DNA of 64,000 nt, taken from an uncultured virus (IMG/VR IMGVR_UViG_3300044724_006669) (lineage: Duplodnaviria; Heunggongvirae; Uroviricota; Caudoviricetes). Location of the stretch: positions 1-64,000 of IMG/VR virus record IMGVR_UViG_3300044724_006669; one strand, written 5' to 3'. Position numbers and translations under genes: made by a program. This document shows positions 37,763 to 50,400 of this stretch, in pieces. Under the pieces are notes generated by a model. That model did no database searches, had not been told where the DNA came from, and worked only from the letters and a program-made list of their open reading frames with translations. Position 1 is the first letter of the stretch; each line of letters begins with the position of its first letter.

Positions 37763-38061
37763 CGATTTTTTGAGATTTCTTTGTATTCTGCTTGCCAAGC
37801 ATTCATTTGTTCTTGCCAGCGTTGTTTTGCTAAGTCACATAATTCATTGCTATCGACACTAACTGGAGTATTGTATATGTCTTCTAGCACAACAGTGCCT
37901 TCGCACGAATTGCACAACACAATCAGTTCAGGTGATGCACGCCACATGCCGCCATTGTGTGCAAAAACCATCTTGGCCTGATAGGTTTCACGCAAAATAG
38001 TCCTTGCTTGTTGATGGTTAAATCTTGTTTTAATATTTTGGGAAAGTTGATCTGTTTGCAT
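37759..38061 (-). CDS. Hypothetical protein
   Basis: First gene of the GT operon, directly after the structural genes. Confidence 0.7.
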   Translation of the reverse strand: MQTDQLSQNIKTRFNHQQARTILRETYQAKMVFAHNGGMWRASPELIVLCNSCEGTVVLEDIYNTPVSVDSNELCDLAKQRWQEQMNAWQAEYKEISKNR

Positions 38062-38107
38062 ACTGTTAATTAGTATGCAAACTATTGTATGGTTTAATTT
38101 TTAAATT

Positions 38108-39019
38108 TTATGTTAATGACCACGTTGCACTGTTCTGACTTACTGTTCCCCAACTGTCACTTAGATTGGCTGTTGATGGTGGACGTACAACTGTTGTCAT
38201 TGTTAGTGTACCGTCTACCTGATCAGTTCCAATTGTGCTATCGTTATCATCTAAGGTAACTGCAAATGTGATGACAGATCCTGATACACTTGCCTTTATT
38301 TCAATAAAGTTACTGGTGTATAGATAGGTAGTTGTAAATTTTTTCAAAATTGTTGTTGCTGTTCCGGTATAGTTTGTTACTGCACCGTAAGCAGTATTTA
38401 GAGTGTCCTCTGTGCCTGATCCGCCAATTTTTGTAGTGCCTGTGTAGATTACTCCAGCAACATTTCTACTAGCAGCTGATCCTGTTGCAACAATAGTACC
38501 TGTTGCAGTAAGTAGGTTTGTCCAACTGGTGTTTTGTGTGTTACTAGAACCACCTGAGCGTGAAAAACTCATTCTTATCATACCACCAGCGTTGAAAAAA
38601 TAACGCAGTTGGTTTGCACTGGCAAATGTTATGGTTTTTGATGTAGTTGCAGAAGCACTCCATGCACTGGTTGTTGTAGTAGTTGCACTGGCGTCTGTGC
38701 CACTAGCGTTGGCATCCAAACGACCATTTGTAATAGCCGTAATATTACTTGCTAGTGTTGTGTAAGCCTGTATTGTATCTCCCGCACTTGGATTTCCTAT
38801 GGGTGATAAACTTGTGTTTTGATGTGCACCAGCACTTGTCATTGGTGTTAACAAACTGCCCCATTGTGTTGCAGTTATAGTTGATCCTGCACTTACTGCT
38901 GATACTGCACTTTGACCATATCCAGAATCGCCTGATCCGGTGCTCCAGATTGTGTTTATATCATCTTTGAATCCATTATAGTCATCATCTAAGATGGTAT
39001 TTCCTGAGCTATATGTCAT
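38108..39019 (-). CDS. Virion structural / tail-associated protein
   Basis: S/T/G-rich, GYGQ and RYFFNAGG motifs, structural module context. Confidence 0.6.
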   Translation of the reverse strand: MTYSSGNTILDDDYNGFKDDINTIWSTGSGDSGYGQSAVSAVSAGSTITATQWGSLLTPMTSAGAHQNTSLSPIGNPSAGDTIQAYTTLASNITAITNGRLDANASGTDASATTTTTSAWSASATTSKTITFASANQLRYFFNAGGMIRMSFSRSGGSSNTQNTSWTNLLTATGTIVATGSAASRNVAGVIYTGTTKIGGSGTEDTLNTAYGAVTNYTGTATTILKKFTTTYLYTSNFIEIKASVSGSVITFAVTLDDNDSTIGTDQVDGTLTMTTVVRPPSTANLSDSWGTVSQNSATWSLT

Positions 39020-39168
39020 TTTGTTTTTTCCTTTGTATTAGTATTTTATTATACGCTATTGCTTATGGCGTCCTGCGTTATATATCTTTGCAGTTTTATT
39101 AGTTTAGATTTTCATCCACGTCATAAATTTTTTTTTGCTATAGCTGGATATCAATATATTTATTATTT

Positions 39169-40725
39169 TTACACTATCTTTACAATAGCCTCTACAGTGC
39201 CAATTTCTCCTTTTGTTTTGTTCTCTAATGCACGTCCAATTACATTGAAACTTGAAAGCTCGTCCAAGTTTCCAGCTCTGGCTAATCCGTTACCTGCACT
39301 GACTAATCTGTCACCTTTTGTGACAAAACCTATAACATTGACTGGTACTCGTCCACTCATTGCAATTGGTGGATGTGTAGCATTTGTTCCTGCACCACCA
39401 TTCATTAAATATGCTGGTTGTTCAGATACTACTCCAAATACTTTATCGCTTAATTCTGTGTCACATATTGTAACTTCATTTACCCCACCTATTTCAACCA
39501 CTGTGCCTGGTGAATACTCTGCGTCTGCATGGAAACGTTCTGCCATATCAGCATATTGTGCTGATGTTGCAAGAGCATGGACTGTGTTAAATGCAACACT
39601 TGCACTTCCAATGTTTCCGACTCCTGATGCATTGTTGTTTGTAATACTACCAACTGCTACATCACCAGTAGCCACTGTCATATTCGACGCAGTTACATTT
39701 CCAGTTGTAGTTAAGGCGCCACCAGTTACATTACCACTCGCGGTCACTGTGGCTCCAAACACGTCTCCTGTTGCGGTTATATTACCAGCTGATACAAGGC
39801 CAACAGTGTCAAAATTATTGGCAGTGATATTCCCAGTTGCTACTGCACTTGTGTTAATGTTTACAACTGATGTTGCACCATCAATGGTCATTGCAGTGGT
39901 TACCACACCACCATCATTGACACGGAAAATTAAATCACCGTCTTGTGTGTCGTTGTCAAATCTTACATCTGTTCCGCTTACACTTATATGACCGTCACTG
40001 TCTGCACCAATGTACAAACCAGTATCTGACAGAACACTTATGCTTGTGTCGTTGCTCGTGGCAGCATCTGATCTCATAAACGAAGTTGAGTTTAATGTAT
40101 CAAGTGTATCAGCGTTTGTTGCGGTTCCGTTGAACACTGCGTTAGATACTGTGGTACTCATGTTTAGACCTGGGCCTATAGTTGCAAATCCTGAAATAGC
40201 CACTGCTGGAGTAAAAGTAGCGTCTTTTGAGAATATTGAAACGATAACATTGTTTACATACATTTGTACAATTACATGATCTGCTGCAAGATTGTCGGTA
40301 ATTGTTGCTACTATTGCACCTGATGTTCCTTGTCCACTTGTGCTTGCAGGACCAATAGTGATAAAACTTGATCCATTATAAACTTTTAACTGGTCGTTTG
40401 TTGAATCAAACCACAAGTCACCTTCTACATTTGAACTTGGCTGACTTGTAGATGCTATGGCACCTGATAATGACTTAAATATTGTACCATTGTAAACTTT
40501 TATTATGTTGTTAGTTTTATCATACCAAAGCTGACCTGTTAATGGTGCTCCTGGTGCACTAGTGTTGGCTGCATTTTCAAGTAGTTTAATAAAGTTCTCA
40601 TCTAAGAACTCTCCATATCCAGCATAGTTTTTTCCAACTAGTGTTTGGCTTGAATCTGTATTGATAGTACCATCTGCAACTACTGCAAATATTGTACCAT
40701 CTGTCAGGTTAATGGTATATGCCAT
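39169..40725 (-). CDS. Tail fibre/baseplate protein with C-terminal Peptidase_G2-like autocleaving chaperone
   Basis: GNITA/GNVTG beta repeats; YADMAERF...GTVV..GG...GVVS..PAYLMN...GRVPV. Confidence 0.7.
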   Translation of the reverse strand: MAYTINLTDGTIFAVVADGTINTDSSQTLVGKNYAGYGEFLDENFIKLLENAANTSAPGAPLTGQLWYDKTNNIIKVYNGTIFKSLSGAIASTSQPSSNVEGDLWFDSTNDQLKVYNGSSFITIGPASTSGQGTSGAIVATITDNLAADHVIVQMYVNNVIVSIFSKDATFTPAVAISGFATIGPGLNMSTTVSNAVFNGTATNADTLDTLNSTSFMRSDAATSNDTSISVLSDTGLYIGADSDGHISVSGTDVRFDNDTQDGDLIFRVNDGGVVTTAMTIDGATSVVNINTSAVATGNITANNFDTVGLVSAGNITATGDVFGATVTASGNVTGGALTTTGNVTASNMTVATGDVAVGSITNNNASGVGNIGSASVAFNTVHALATSAQYADMAERFHADAEYSPGTVVEIGGVNEVTICDTELSDKVFGVVSEQPAYLMNGGAGTNATHPPIAMSGRVPVNVIGFVTKGDRLVSAGNGLARAGNLDELSSFNVIGRALENKTKGEIGTVEAIVKIV

Positions 40726-40781
40726 TTTGTTTTACTCCGTTTACTACAAGTGTACTTATTATTTTTATAATATACCTGTAT

Positions 40782-41444
40782 TTATGTTGAACTAAGATTG
40801 GTTAATGTCTGTATACGCACAGTATAATCAATCTGTATCTGTCTGTTTAAACTTTTTTGCACTGGATGAAAAATCACATGTGTTATTAATCTTAAGTCGG
40901 TTGCACTGCCATTCCAAGTTTTTAAACCTAACTCATCAAAAACATAATCACCATTGAAATCTGTTGAATTATCAAAAGCCTGTTGACCTGAAGGCTCGCC
41001 ATAATCTAATAAACAACTTACTAGTATATCTGTGTATACTTTTCCAGTTGTATGTGTAACTGTTAGTTTATTTCTTGTAGTATCAGTATTACTTGCACTA
41101 TTATCATCTACAACTTTTGAATATGTTGGGTTGTAGAGGTTGGCATTTTGTCCAGTTGTATTTGGTGGCAAATATGTGATAACACCAGTGGTATCAACAC
41201 TACTACCTCCATTTCCAAATGCCATACTGTAAATTTGTCCAACTGCTTTATTTGCAAGACTATTTGCTAATGCTTCACTAATATTTTCATAATGTATGGC
41301 ATTGCGTTTATCAACAATGACTTCACCGCTATTAGGATCAAATATTTTTATGTGTCCACTAATAGCAATTTGACCATTTTCATTTGGACGAACTTCGTCA
41401 ACTGATTCTGTCACTGATTCCTCATTTGCATTTTCTTGTTCCAT
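40782..41444 (-). CDS. Virion structural protein
   Basis: Lies within the baseplate module; late-type promoter directly upstream. Confidence 0.6.
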   Translation of the reverse strand: MEQENANEESVTESVDEVRPNENGQIAISGHIKIFDPNSGEVIVDKRNAIHYENISEALANSLANKAVGQIYSMAFGNGGSSVDTTGVITYLPPNTTGQNANLYNPTYSKVVDDNSASNTDTTRNKLTVTHTTGKVYTDILVSCLLDYGEPSGQQAFDNSTDFNGDYVFDELGLKTWNGSATDLRLITHVIFHPVQKSLNRQIQIDYTVRIQTLTNLSST

Positions 41445-41448
41445 GCTG

Positions 41449-41454
41449 TATTTA
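41449..41454 (-). promoter_or_regulatory. Late-type promoter TAAATA
   Basis: AGGTAAATACAGC-ATG; resembles the T4 late TATAAATA. The motif also occurs at 39157, 40779, 58371 and 58788. Confidence 0.55.
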
Positions 41455-41468
41455 CCTTAATAAATTAC

Positions 41469-44400
41469 CTAGTCTTTCAAAAACAGAGCAGCTGGTGTGG
41501 TTTGATCTTGTAGTGCAACTCCGTTACTTGCAGTACTTGCACCCTGAGCATACATTACATTTGCAGTAACTTGGCTAAAGTACACTTCCACTCCATCAGC
41601 TGGTGCAGTTACCAATGTTACTTCAGTTGTTGTTACATTTACTTCAGTAACAGAATAATCTGTTTCAGGTACCAATACTGTTCCTCCAACTATTACGCTA
41701 ATTGCATCTGTGATTTCTGTACTGTCGATAAGTGTTGGAATCACAATAGATGTTTCAAAAACTCTAGTTGATCCGTCACCTACATTTGTTTTGTCAGTGG
41801 TGGTTTTTTCTTGATAACGGGCAGGCAGTTGTTGTCCTGCACCAACATCACTAACAGTTTCACCAACTTCATGTTGATATATTCCAGTACCAGCAGTTCC
41901 CCTTCTCAAGCCACTAACACTATTGTTTCCTGTATTTCTTGATCTATAAGTAATTCTTTCGCCACCTACAATCAGTTGTCCAAAAATACCTTGTGTAAGA
42001 TTAGGTTCACCTAGCTTGCTAACATCATTAACAAAAATAGTATCATCTGAGATTGCCACTGTCTGTGCTAGTTCAGTAGTGTTTGTTTTATTAAATCTAA
42101 GCAGTTTTTGATTACCAATCATGTCTTGGAAGATACGGAAGTTAAGACTGTTTGGTACAACACTATTCGTAAAAATTGTTACTGCTAAAACGTCTGAAGC
42201 ATTCAGAAGACTTAGATCTAGTACCAAGGTACTAAGTTGGGTACCATCTGTTGATATTGTAAAATCGACGGTTGGTTGTAAATATTGTCCATTTAAAGTA
42301 ACAATAACTCTTTGTGTATCTGTTACCAGTCTTCCTAGTGCAAAGTTGTTTGTTTCAATTGCACCTTCGGTTGTAGGTCCAACAAACACCTTGGTTAAGA
42401 TTTTTTGTTGAGATGTATCGTTATATGTAGTAACATCAAATAGTGTATCAAAAGCAGCACTGACTCTTAGATTGATATCACTGGTATTAACAATTGTATA
42501 GTCAGCTTCAGTGGTAGTATAAATTTCTATTCTTGATCCAGCTGCTGGCAAAGACTGCGTATTAAATTCAATATATCTATCACTACTGCCATCCCATGGA
42601 CTTAGAGTCCAGTTTACAGAAACATTCTGTCTCACATTATCGACATACACCAGTAAATCAGCAGAACTAATTAATGCTTGGTTTGTTTTTGCAGTGGTAC
42701 TTAGATAATAAGGCCCAAGACTTGATCCATCACCAGTATATTCTATTCCTTCTGGTGGACGCAATCTTAAACCATCTTTATCAACAATCATGTTTGCAAC
42801 GTTTGTTCCTTGTAGACTTGCACTTAATGGATATTGTGTGCTAGATCCATCATAGTTAAAGTAATCTTTTACCTCTGTGCTCCAACTATATTGTATTGGT
42901 GTAGTTTCTCCAAGAGCAATAATTGTAAGCCATTGTGTGCTGGTAGGCTGACTGCCAAAAGTGATTTCTGTCGCAAAACTACCGCTGGCTGCAAAAGTAT
43001 AATCAGTTGTTTCACTGCCATCTAAGAAAATAAGCATTTCATTGATTTCTGAAAATGCCACAGGTATTATTTGTGTACGGTTTGTTATAGAACTTCCAAC
43101 AAAACTTTCTTTATAAAGTTGCGAACCTCCACCTACTCCATATACTTCAACTCTAATCACATCATCAACACTTGCATTTGCACTAGCACTCACAACCACA
43201 GTTTTTGTTACCCAATTGATTGCAATTACAGATGGTGGTAGAACCTGCCCAGTTGATATGTTTATAACATTTACATTAACAGGATGTTGAACAAGGTTTA
43301 GAAAACTAATTGTTACTCCAGTTGCTTCAAAGAAACTATTAGTGCTTTTAATTTCAAACCCGTGTCCATTATTACTCCAGTCACTGCCGGGTCTAGTAAA
43401 AACTTTTATATCTAGTGTGTCAAATTCGCTTCCAGGCACAAGTTCTTCAGGAGCATGTGAACTATATGTGTCGATAAATCCGCCGCCCTCTACGTTAATA
43501 TCTGTTGCTCTTGTTCCTAAATAGGTATCAGTAAAACTGCTTTCATATATCACATCTAGTATAGAATCGTCGTATGTGGGTAACCCTTCTGGGCCAAAAC
43601 TGATATTATCAAATGGATTTATATCATAATTTCCAATATCAAAACCAGTATTTTGATTAAAGTCCGGAGCATCGACCTGCACACCAGGATAGTCAATACC
43701 AGTCATTACCTGTGCTAACTCGCGTCCAGGTTCGTTTGGACCTGGATTATACAATCCAATGGTTCTGTCAGCGGCATCTAGTGTGTCAGGATCAACAACA
43801 GTATAATTATCTGGATTAAACTCAGAAGTCGACGTAAAATTCGAAGTTACATTGTAAATTTTAGGTTCAGCAACATTAACTACACCTACAATTGGCACTG
43901 GATAACGCACTAATTGTCCAGCAGTGTATGCAGTATTTGCAGTCCAATCTATTACTGTGCTTGAGTATGTAATTCTGTTATAAGCAATAGTAGTTGTAAA
44001 ATCACGTACTTGTTGTGTGCCTAGCACTGCTATTGCAGTTGCTCCACTACCGTTACCACCTGAAATAGTAATAATCGGTGTGGTGGTATATCCACTACCA
44101 GGAGTAATAACATTGATAGCAGTTACTACTCCAGCGGTGTTTACAGTTGCTGTCATAGTTGCCTGTGTTGTAGCATCACCTGTAACAATAACTTGTGGTG
44201 CCACTGTATACCCAGACCCACCATTAACTACTGTAGCAGTTGAAACCACCAATAGATAGTTTTGATACCATTGACTCCATGGAAACGTCGTCCATAATGA
44301 TGATGTACTTGGCACGGCACTTTTTGATTCTGGATTTGTACTATCATCTAATATTGGCGATACAAACTGTTGTAAAGTATTATCGTAATATGCTGGTAAA

Positions 44401-47400
44401 TCAAAATCAGTTACACTTCCGTTGTAAGTATCTTCACCTTCGTATCTTAAATTGAATTCTCTAATTTGAACATGATATGGTTTAACTTCTTTGATATAAT
44501 CCTCAACAAAGTCTTGATTATCTCTTCTGAATATTGGATATTCAATTAAGTCACGTATTTTATGATTTATATCAATTAAACTAGTTTTAAACAACCAGTT
44601 TGGCGCGGCCAATGTACTCATTATAAATTCAAACATCAATATTAATAATTCATTACGTCTTACTAATAAATCTCCTACAAATATTTCAGTGTTTAGAGCT
44701 TGTAATATTTGTCTTGTTTCTGTAATTGGTTCTTCGCCAGCTATGGGATTTTCAATCGTATAATCCCAGATAGTTGCGTCTATTTCAATTGTACCATCTT
44801 CTAAATAAACTCTTGTCCATTCACCTGATGTTGTGCTATATTGGTAAACTTCTGTTTTTCCATTACTGTTTGCAGTAACAGTTGCCCATTCGCCGTTTTG
44901 TACATTGTTGAGAGCTAAAAGATTACTGTAAACTGCAACCTCATAAGAAGAAGTATTATCACTATTGTAAAACGACCCATCAGCATTAATTCCAAACCAA
45001 TCAACATAACTCCAATAAAGATTTGTTTTATAGCTTTGTACACGAGTTAATAAAAGTGTTTGATCTGATTGTACAGTATAGATTGACCATAGCCCTTCGT
45101 TGTTAACATCGCTTGCCACTAGATATTGATATCCAATTGCTACCTGTGCTAAGTCTTGATAGGTAAGCTCAGCATAGGTTAAAACTCGCTTGTTCCATAA
45201 TCCACTTGCTAGAGTTGGTTCAGGTTCTTCGCTGTTTAATAATGTAAAACTCTTGCTTTCTGAAATAGTATACAACTTCATAATAGCATTTGCTCTGGTC
45301 ATGTAGTTCTTAAGTGCAAGAAATCTATCAACAAACATACTTTGTCTTGGTCGAAAACTAACACCATATCTATTCGCAAGACTAAGTGTTGTATCTGGAA
45401 CTGCATTTCCTGATGTATCAGCTCCGCAAAAACTGTCAAGATATTTTCTATACAATTGTGTTCCTAAGAAACTGTTCTTATCTGCGTCGGTTATGATATC
45501 ATATTCACTATGAACATTGTCATCATTGGCAATTTTATCAAATTCAACATGCAATATTGAGTCATCAGCACTTATAAGGTTTCTTGAGTTAAAAAGTGTA
45601 ATTTCATTTTTTGCAATTGCGGCTGCATAACTAATACCACTGGCACGTGGATTGGAAATGTACTGTTCTATACCGCTCGAACTTAGTGTTTTGTTTGGGC
45701 TGATAGCAGTCAATCCTTTGATCCAATAAAAATACTTTGTTACAAAGGTGCCAGCACTGTCAAGATACGTTATAGTTGTATAACTATCAGTTGTATACAC
45801 TGTTCCAGGTCCACTATAATTTGCAGGCGGTACTCTGTTCTCAGTCCATTGATAGATATCTACACTAGAACCATCAAATAACTGACCCCACCGTCTTGCT
45901 CTAAACTGTATGTCATCTTGATTATAATCTATAAATCTAACCGTTGATAAGTCCCACCAGATTTCTCCAAGGTGTTCTTCTCTCCACATGCTTCCAAAGT
46001 TGTTCACTGTACCTGTGTTATACAACGCAGGGTCAATTCCGCCTGTGTAGTCAATGTTGGCGTTTGCGGCTCCTAGTATTCTACCTTGCAGTGGATCTAT
46101 GAAATCTAAGTATCTTGTAATACTATTAGAAACTTTATTGTATATAAACACACTATTTAACAATGCTGAATCTACAACTGGGGCTTCCGTATATCTTGCT
46201 TTCCAACTTGGTTCATTATCAGCATTTGTGAACTGTGTTACACGACCAAAGTTACCAGAGCTATCGCCAAGATCATCATTTGGTGCACCAACAAGTAAGA
46301 TTCCGTCTACATAACTTACACTACTTCCAAATTTGTCAAGGCTGGTAATACTCATATCGTAAATTTGTTGTCCGTATACAAACTTGCCAGAGTTTGTTGC
46401 ACTTGGAGATGCAGAATTTAAAAAATCGTATGTATATGCAACGCCTGATTCAGGCATTGGATCTACCACGTTTGTTGATCCAGAATCAAAATCTGTTGTT
46501 GAATTATCAAAAGTAGTAGATAAGAATGCAGTTGCATCTGGAGCTCCAACACTTAATGTAAGTGCATCATCACTAATGTTAATACTTGTGCCAAAATGTC
46601 CATATGCTTGTGCAACAGGTGGAACAATTGTTTGAGCATATACCCAAGGTTTCAATCCTAAATCACTAAATGCAGTTCCTGTACCCGGTGCTACTTCTAG
46701 TTTGATAAACTGTTCTCCAGCTTCTATATCAACCAATGTAATTTGTAATGCGCCATTTACTGTAGCACCAACTATATTTGGAATATTTGCATTTGTAATA
46801 TCAGTAACCAAACTCTCAACTGTTGTTCCTGTGAGTGTTACATAGTAGTTGTTGATACGGATACTGTCTGCGGCACTAAGCACAGGATTAGACACAGTAC
46901 CGGTAATAGTTCCAAAAAGTCGGCTTTGATTTATCCAACGCTCTACACTACCTTGTTCAACTGCCACTGCACTATCGTGTGGCATACTGATATATGCACT
47001 ACAATTAGTTGAACACATGTCAACGGCTCTACCAAAATAATAGTTTTCACCGTTTAAGGCACTGTTAAAATTTTGTAGTGTAGTAAAACTATTAGTTTCA
47101 ATTTCGATTATATCACCAACTGAAAGAGTTACTGGATTAAGTGTTGTTCCGATAGTTATTACACTTCCAGCAACACTAAATTGTGCATTGTTTGCATTTC
47201 CAGTTGGAATTAAGAATGTTCCGTTAAGTTTGACTGTAACTGGAACAGTAGGAACAATGCTGGTTGTATAAGAAACTGTAGCGGCATTGGTAACTTGAAA
47301 TCTTTCTACACTTCTATCAACAATATAACTTTCACCAGCAAAAGTATTTGTTTCAATGGTTGCATCTGGAGTGCCAATTAAAATTTGTCTGCCATCTGTG

Positions 47401-50400
47401 GTTGTTGATACACTGTAACCAAATTGATCGCTGGCTCCAAGACCACTTGCAGTAAAACTATTAACAAAATCCCAATGCGTTTTTGCATTTATTGTTAAAG
47501 TTCCCGAACTTATTCCTGAAGTCAATACAATGTCAGATCCAACAACTGTGTAGTCAAAAAATGGACGCAATAAAACTGAGTCCTGCACAACAGTCATTGA
47601 ATAAATGTCACTGGCCGTAAACAAAGTTGTAAAACTAAAGTTTGTTGTTAACACAGTTGGATTAAAACTTTGGCTCTCACGTCTACTAATAACAATTACA
47701 TCATCAAGATTTGGTGCAGTGGTAAAAATCACTGATTGTATATCATTTGAGGTAAGGACTGTATAATCAACACCAGCAGTTTGTTCAAGTGTATTTCTTG
47801 TGACTTTGATTTGTGTTTGAGCGGTTCCGTCACTGGCATCAACTTGAATTGTTGGTTCTATTACAAAACTTAATGTTGTTCCGTCTCCAGTGAATGTTAA
47901 ACTCTGTGTTTGCACATTTACTTTGTTATATGCATAAATTTTGTTATCAGCTGGAGCACTGATATACATCCAGCGTTCATCATCGCTAATGGCTACGCTA
48001 TAACCAAATTTATCAGCGTCATTTGTTCCTGTGTTAAAGTGCTGATAGAAACTATAAGTTGCGTTTGAGGAATTTCTAACAATGGCACTTGCATAACCTT
48101 TATTAGAATCTGAATCAGGTGCACCAACTATAGCCCATTCAGTGTCACCTACATCAGTGCTAAATCCAAAACCTGTGAACAGGAGTGATGCATCAGGAGA
48201 AAGAATTGTTTGCTGAGCATAGGTTGAACCATTAATTGTTGAACCATCCTCTAACTTGTTATACGCATAAACACCACCAATGCCACTTGCGTATCCTGTT
48301 GCTCCAATAATCAATCCGTCATTGTTTAATCCTTGTGCCAACGAGGTTCCGAGTAGATCATTTATAACTGGTGTTTCGGCTTGTATTTCGCCTGTGGTTG
48401 AGAATGGATTTTGTTTTTGTAACACTGTCCAATTGTCATTACCGTTATTATCGACCCATACTTGATTTGTAGCAACTAAACTTGTACTAAAACTAAGTCC
48501 AGCAATATCACTTGGTTGAGCAACTCTTACACTCTCTAGTGTAAAGGCTCTACCATTTCCATTTGTAATTGTTGTTACGTCATCTGGCAGACTGAGATTT
48601 ACTGTTAATGTTTTTAGTCCAGGTACAGTTTGAATAATATAAGCACCGTCAACTGCACTATTGAAAAATTTTATAATTAATCTTTGTCCAACACTTAAAC
48701 CATGGTTACTAGTAAAAGTGAATGTGCAAGTTCCGTTTAGGTTGTCAATCACTGTTGAAAGTGTAGAATTTACAAGATTAACTCTGTAAATATTCCAATC
48801 GAAAGTGTTTGCTTTTGCGACCCAAATATTTGTTCCAACGACAATAGTAGTAAGGTTGTTTATCACAGTTGTTAGGTCATCAAAATCAAAAACTTTAATG
48901 TCAACATCATCATAATTTACGTAACCAGCACTTGGCAATCCAACATTATCTGGAATACCATTGATTGTTGGTAAAATATCAGTGGTGCTAATTTTATAAC
49001 TTGATTTGTAAATATCATCAATTAAAACTGTTTGTTCAGCAGTTGAAATAGTATCAGGCGCCACTACTGCTATTGTGCTTGGGTTACTAAGCAGTTTGCT
49101 TTCTTCTAGTTGTAATTCAAAATAACTTCGGTTAGCATTTGCTCCATATATAGCTCTTTGGATTGCCCAATTTTCTCTGATTTCGTATTCTGCTTCTTCT
49201 TTGCCAAGGTTTGCACTTTTAAATTGTTCAGCGGCACGAATAGTGCCTTTTGTGCCCAAGAACTGTGAGTACAAACCAGCCTGTGAAATGTCGTCGAGGT
49301 TAAGATTTTGCATGTACTGTCTTGGTCTAAATCCAATTAGTCCTAGTCCTAGTAATGTTGAATCGCTTTCAAGATTAGCAGTGTGAATGTTATAATTATC
49401 TTGCAATTCATCTGCTTTAGTTGCAAGGTTAGGAAGTAAACCAGTTTGTATTCTAGCGTAATCACTTTTTATCCAGTCTGCAAAAACAAAAGTTTGGCTT
49501 GGTGATAAAATTGTAGTGGCACTCCAATAAGAGTTTTTATATTCTACAATCTGCCCTTTGGTGTAGCCTACATTCGGCTCCCATGATTTTATATTATCTT
49601 GGTTGAGTATAAAGCCTTGTGCATCTAATGTACCATTCCAGTCATACACTGTATACCCATTAACTAATAATCGATTTTGTCTTGCGCCAGTTACTGGTTG
49701 ATAGATCAGATCATTGAAAATACTAATATTATCAAAGACTATGATGTGTTCATAAGATGTAAATCTTCCTTGTAGAAAACTAAAAGTATTATTATTCAAT
49801 CCTATAAGTTTCAGTTCGTTGTCTAATCTTTCTACTGCATAGTCGTCTGACAACAAAGGTCTAAAATTTTGATTCAATATTACGTCATTGAGATTTTCGC
49901 TTGCTAGGCTCTCAACAACACTAAAGTCTTTTTCTAGCTTTAGAATGTTGGCCGCTGGATTTAAATTTATAACACTTCCTACAGTCCAACTTTGTCCAAC
50001 CCAGTAGATAAACTCTTGAGCCATTTGTGTCCAGTTTACAATAACCTCATTCTCGGTTGAGTCAAAGGACATGCCCTGTTGCTTTAATAATTCACCATAA
50101 CTCACTAAAAAATCTACTACTGAACTAGAGCTTGAAAATTCATAACCGTAAGGCACTTGTGTCACTTGATTCGTAAATGTTTGAGGTACTCTAAAAGTGT
50201 TGCCATTTACAGTGAAGGTACTGAATGTTCCTGCGGCAGTGCTCTTTAAAATATTGAAATACGGTTTAGTAGTAGAATAACCAGCAACTGTCCAACCTGT
50301 GTTTGTTCTTTGAACTATAACACTGGAAAACTGGACTTCAGAAAAACTTGGATTTTTATATAAAAATAGTTGATAGCTTTCGTCGGGCAACAACAAACTG

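Noticed and set aside
39059..39991. 310-aa + strand ORF
   Set aside because: Antisense shadow of the low-complexity fibre gene; no RBS or recognisable motifs.
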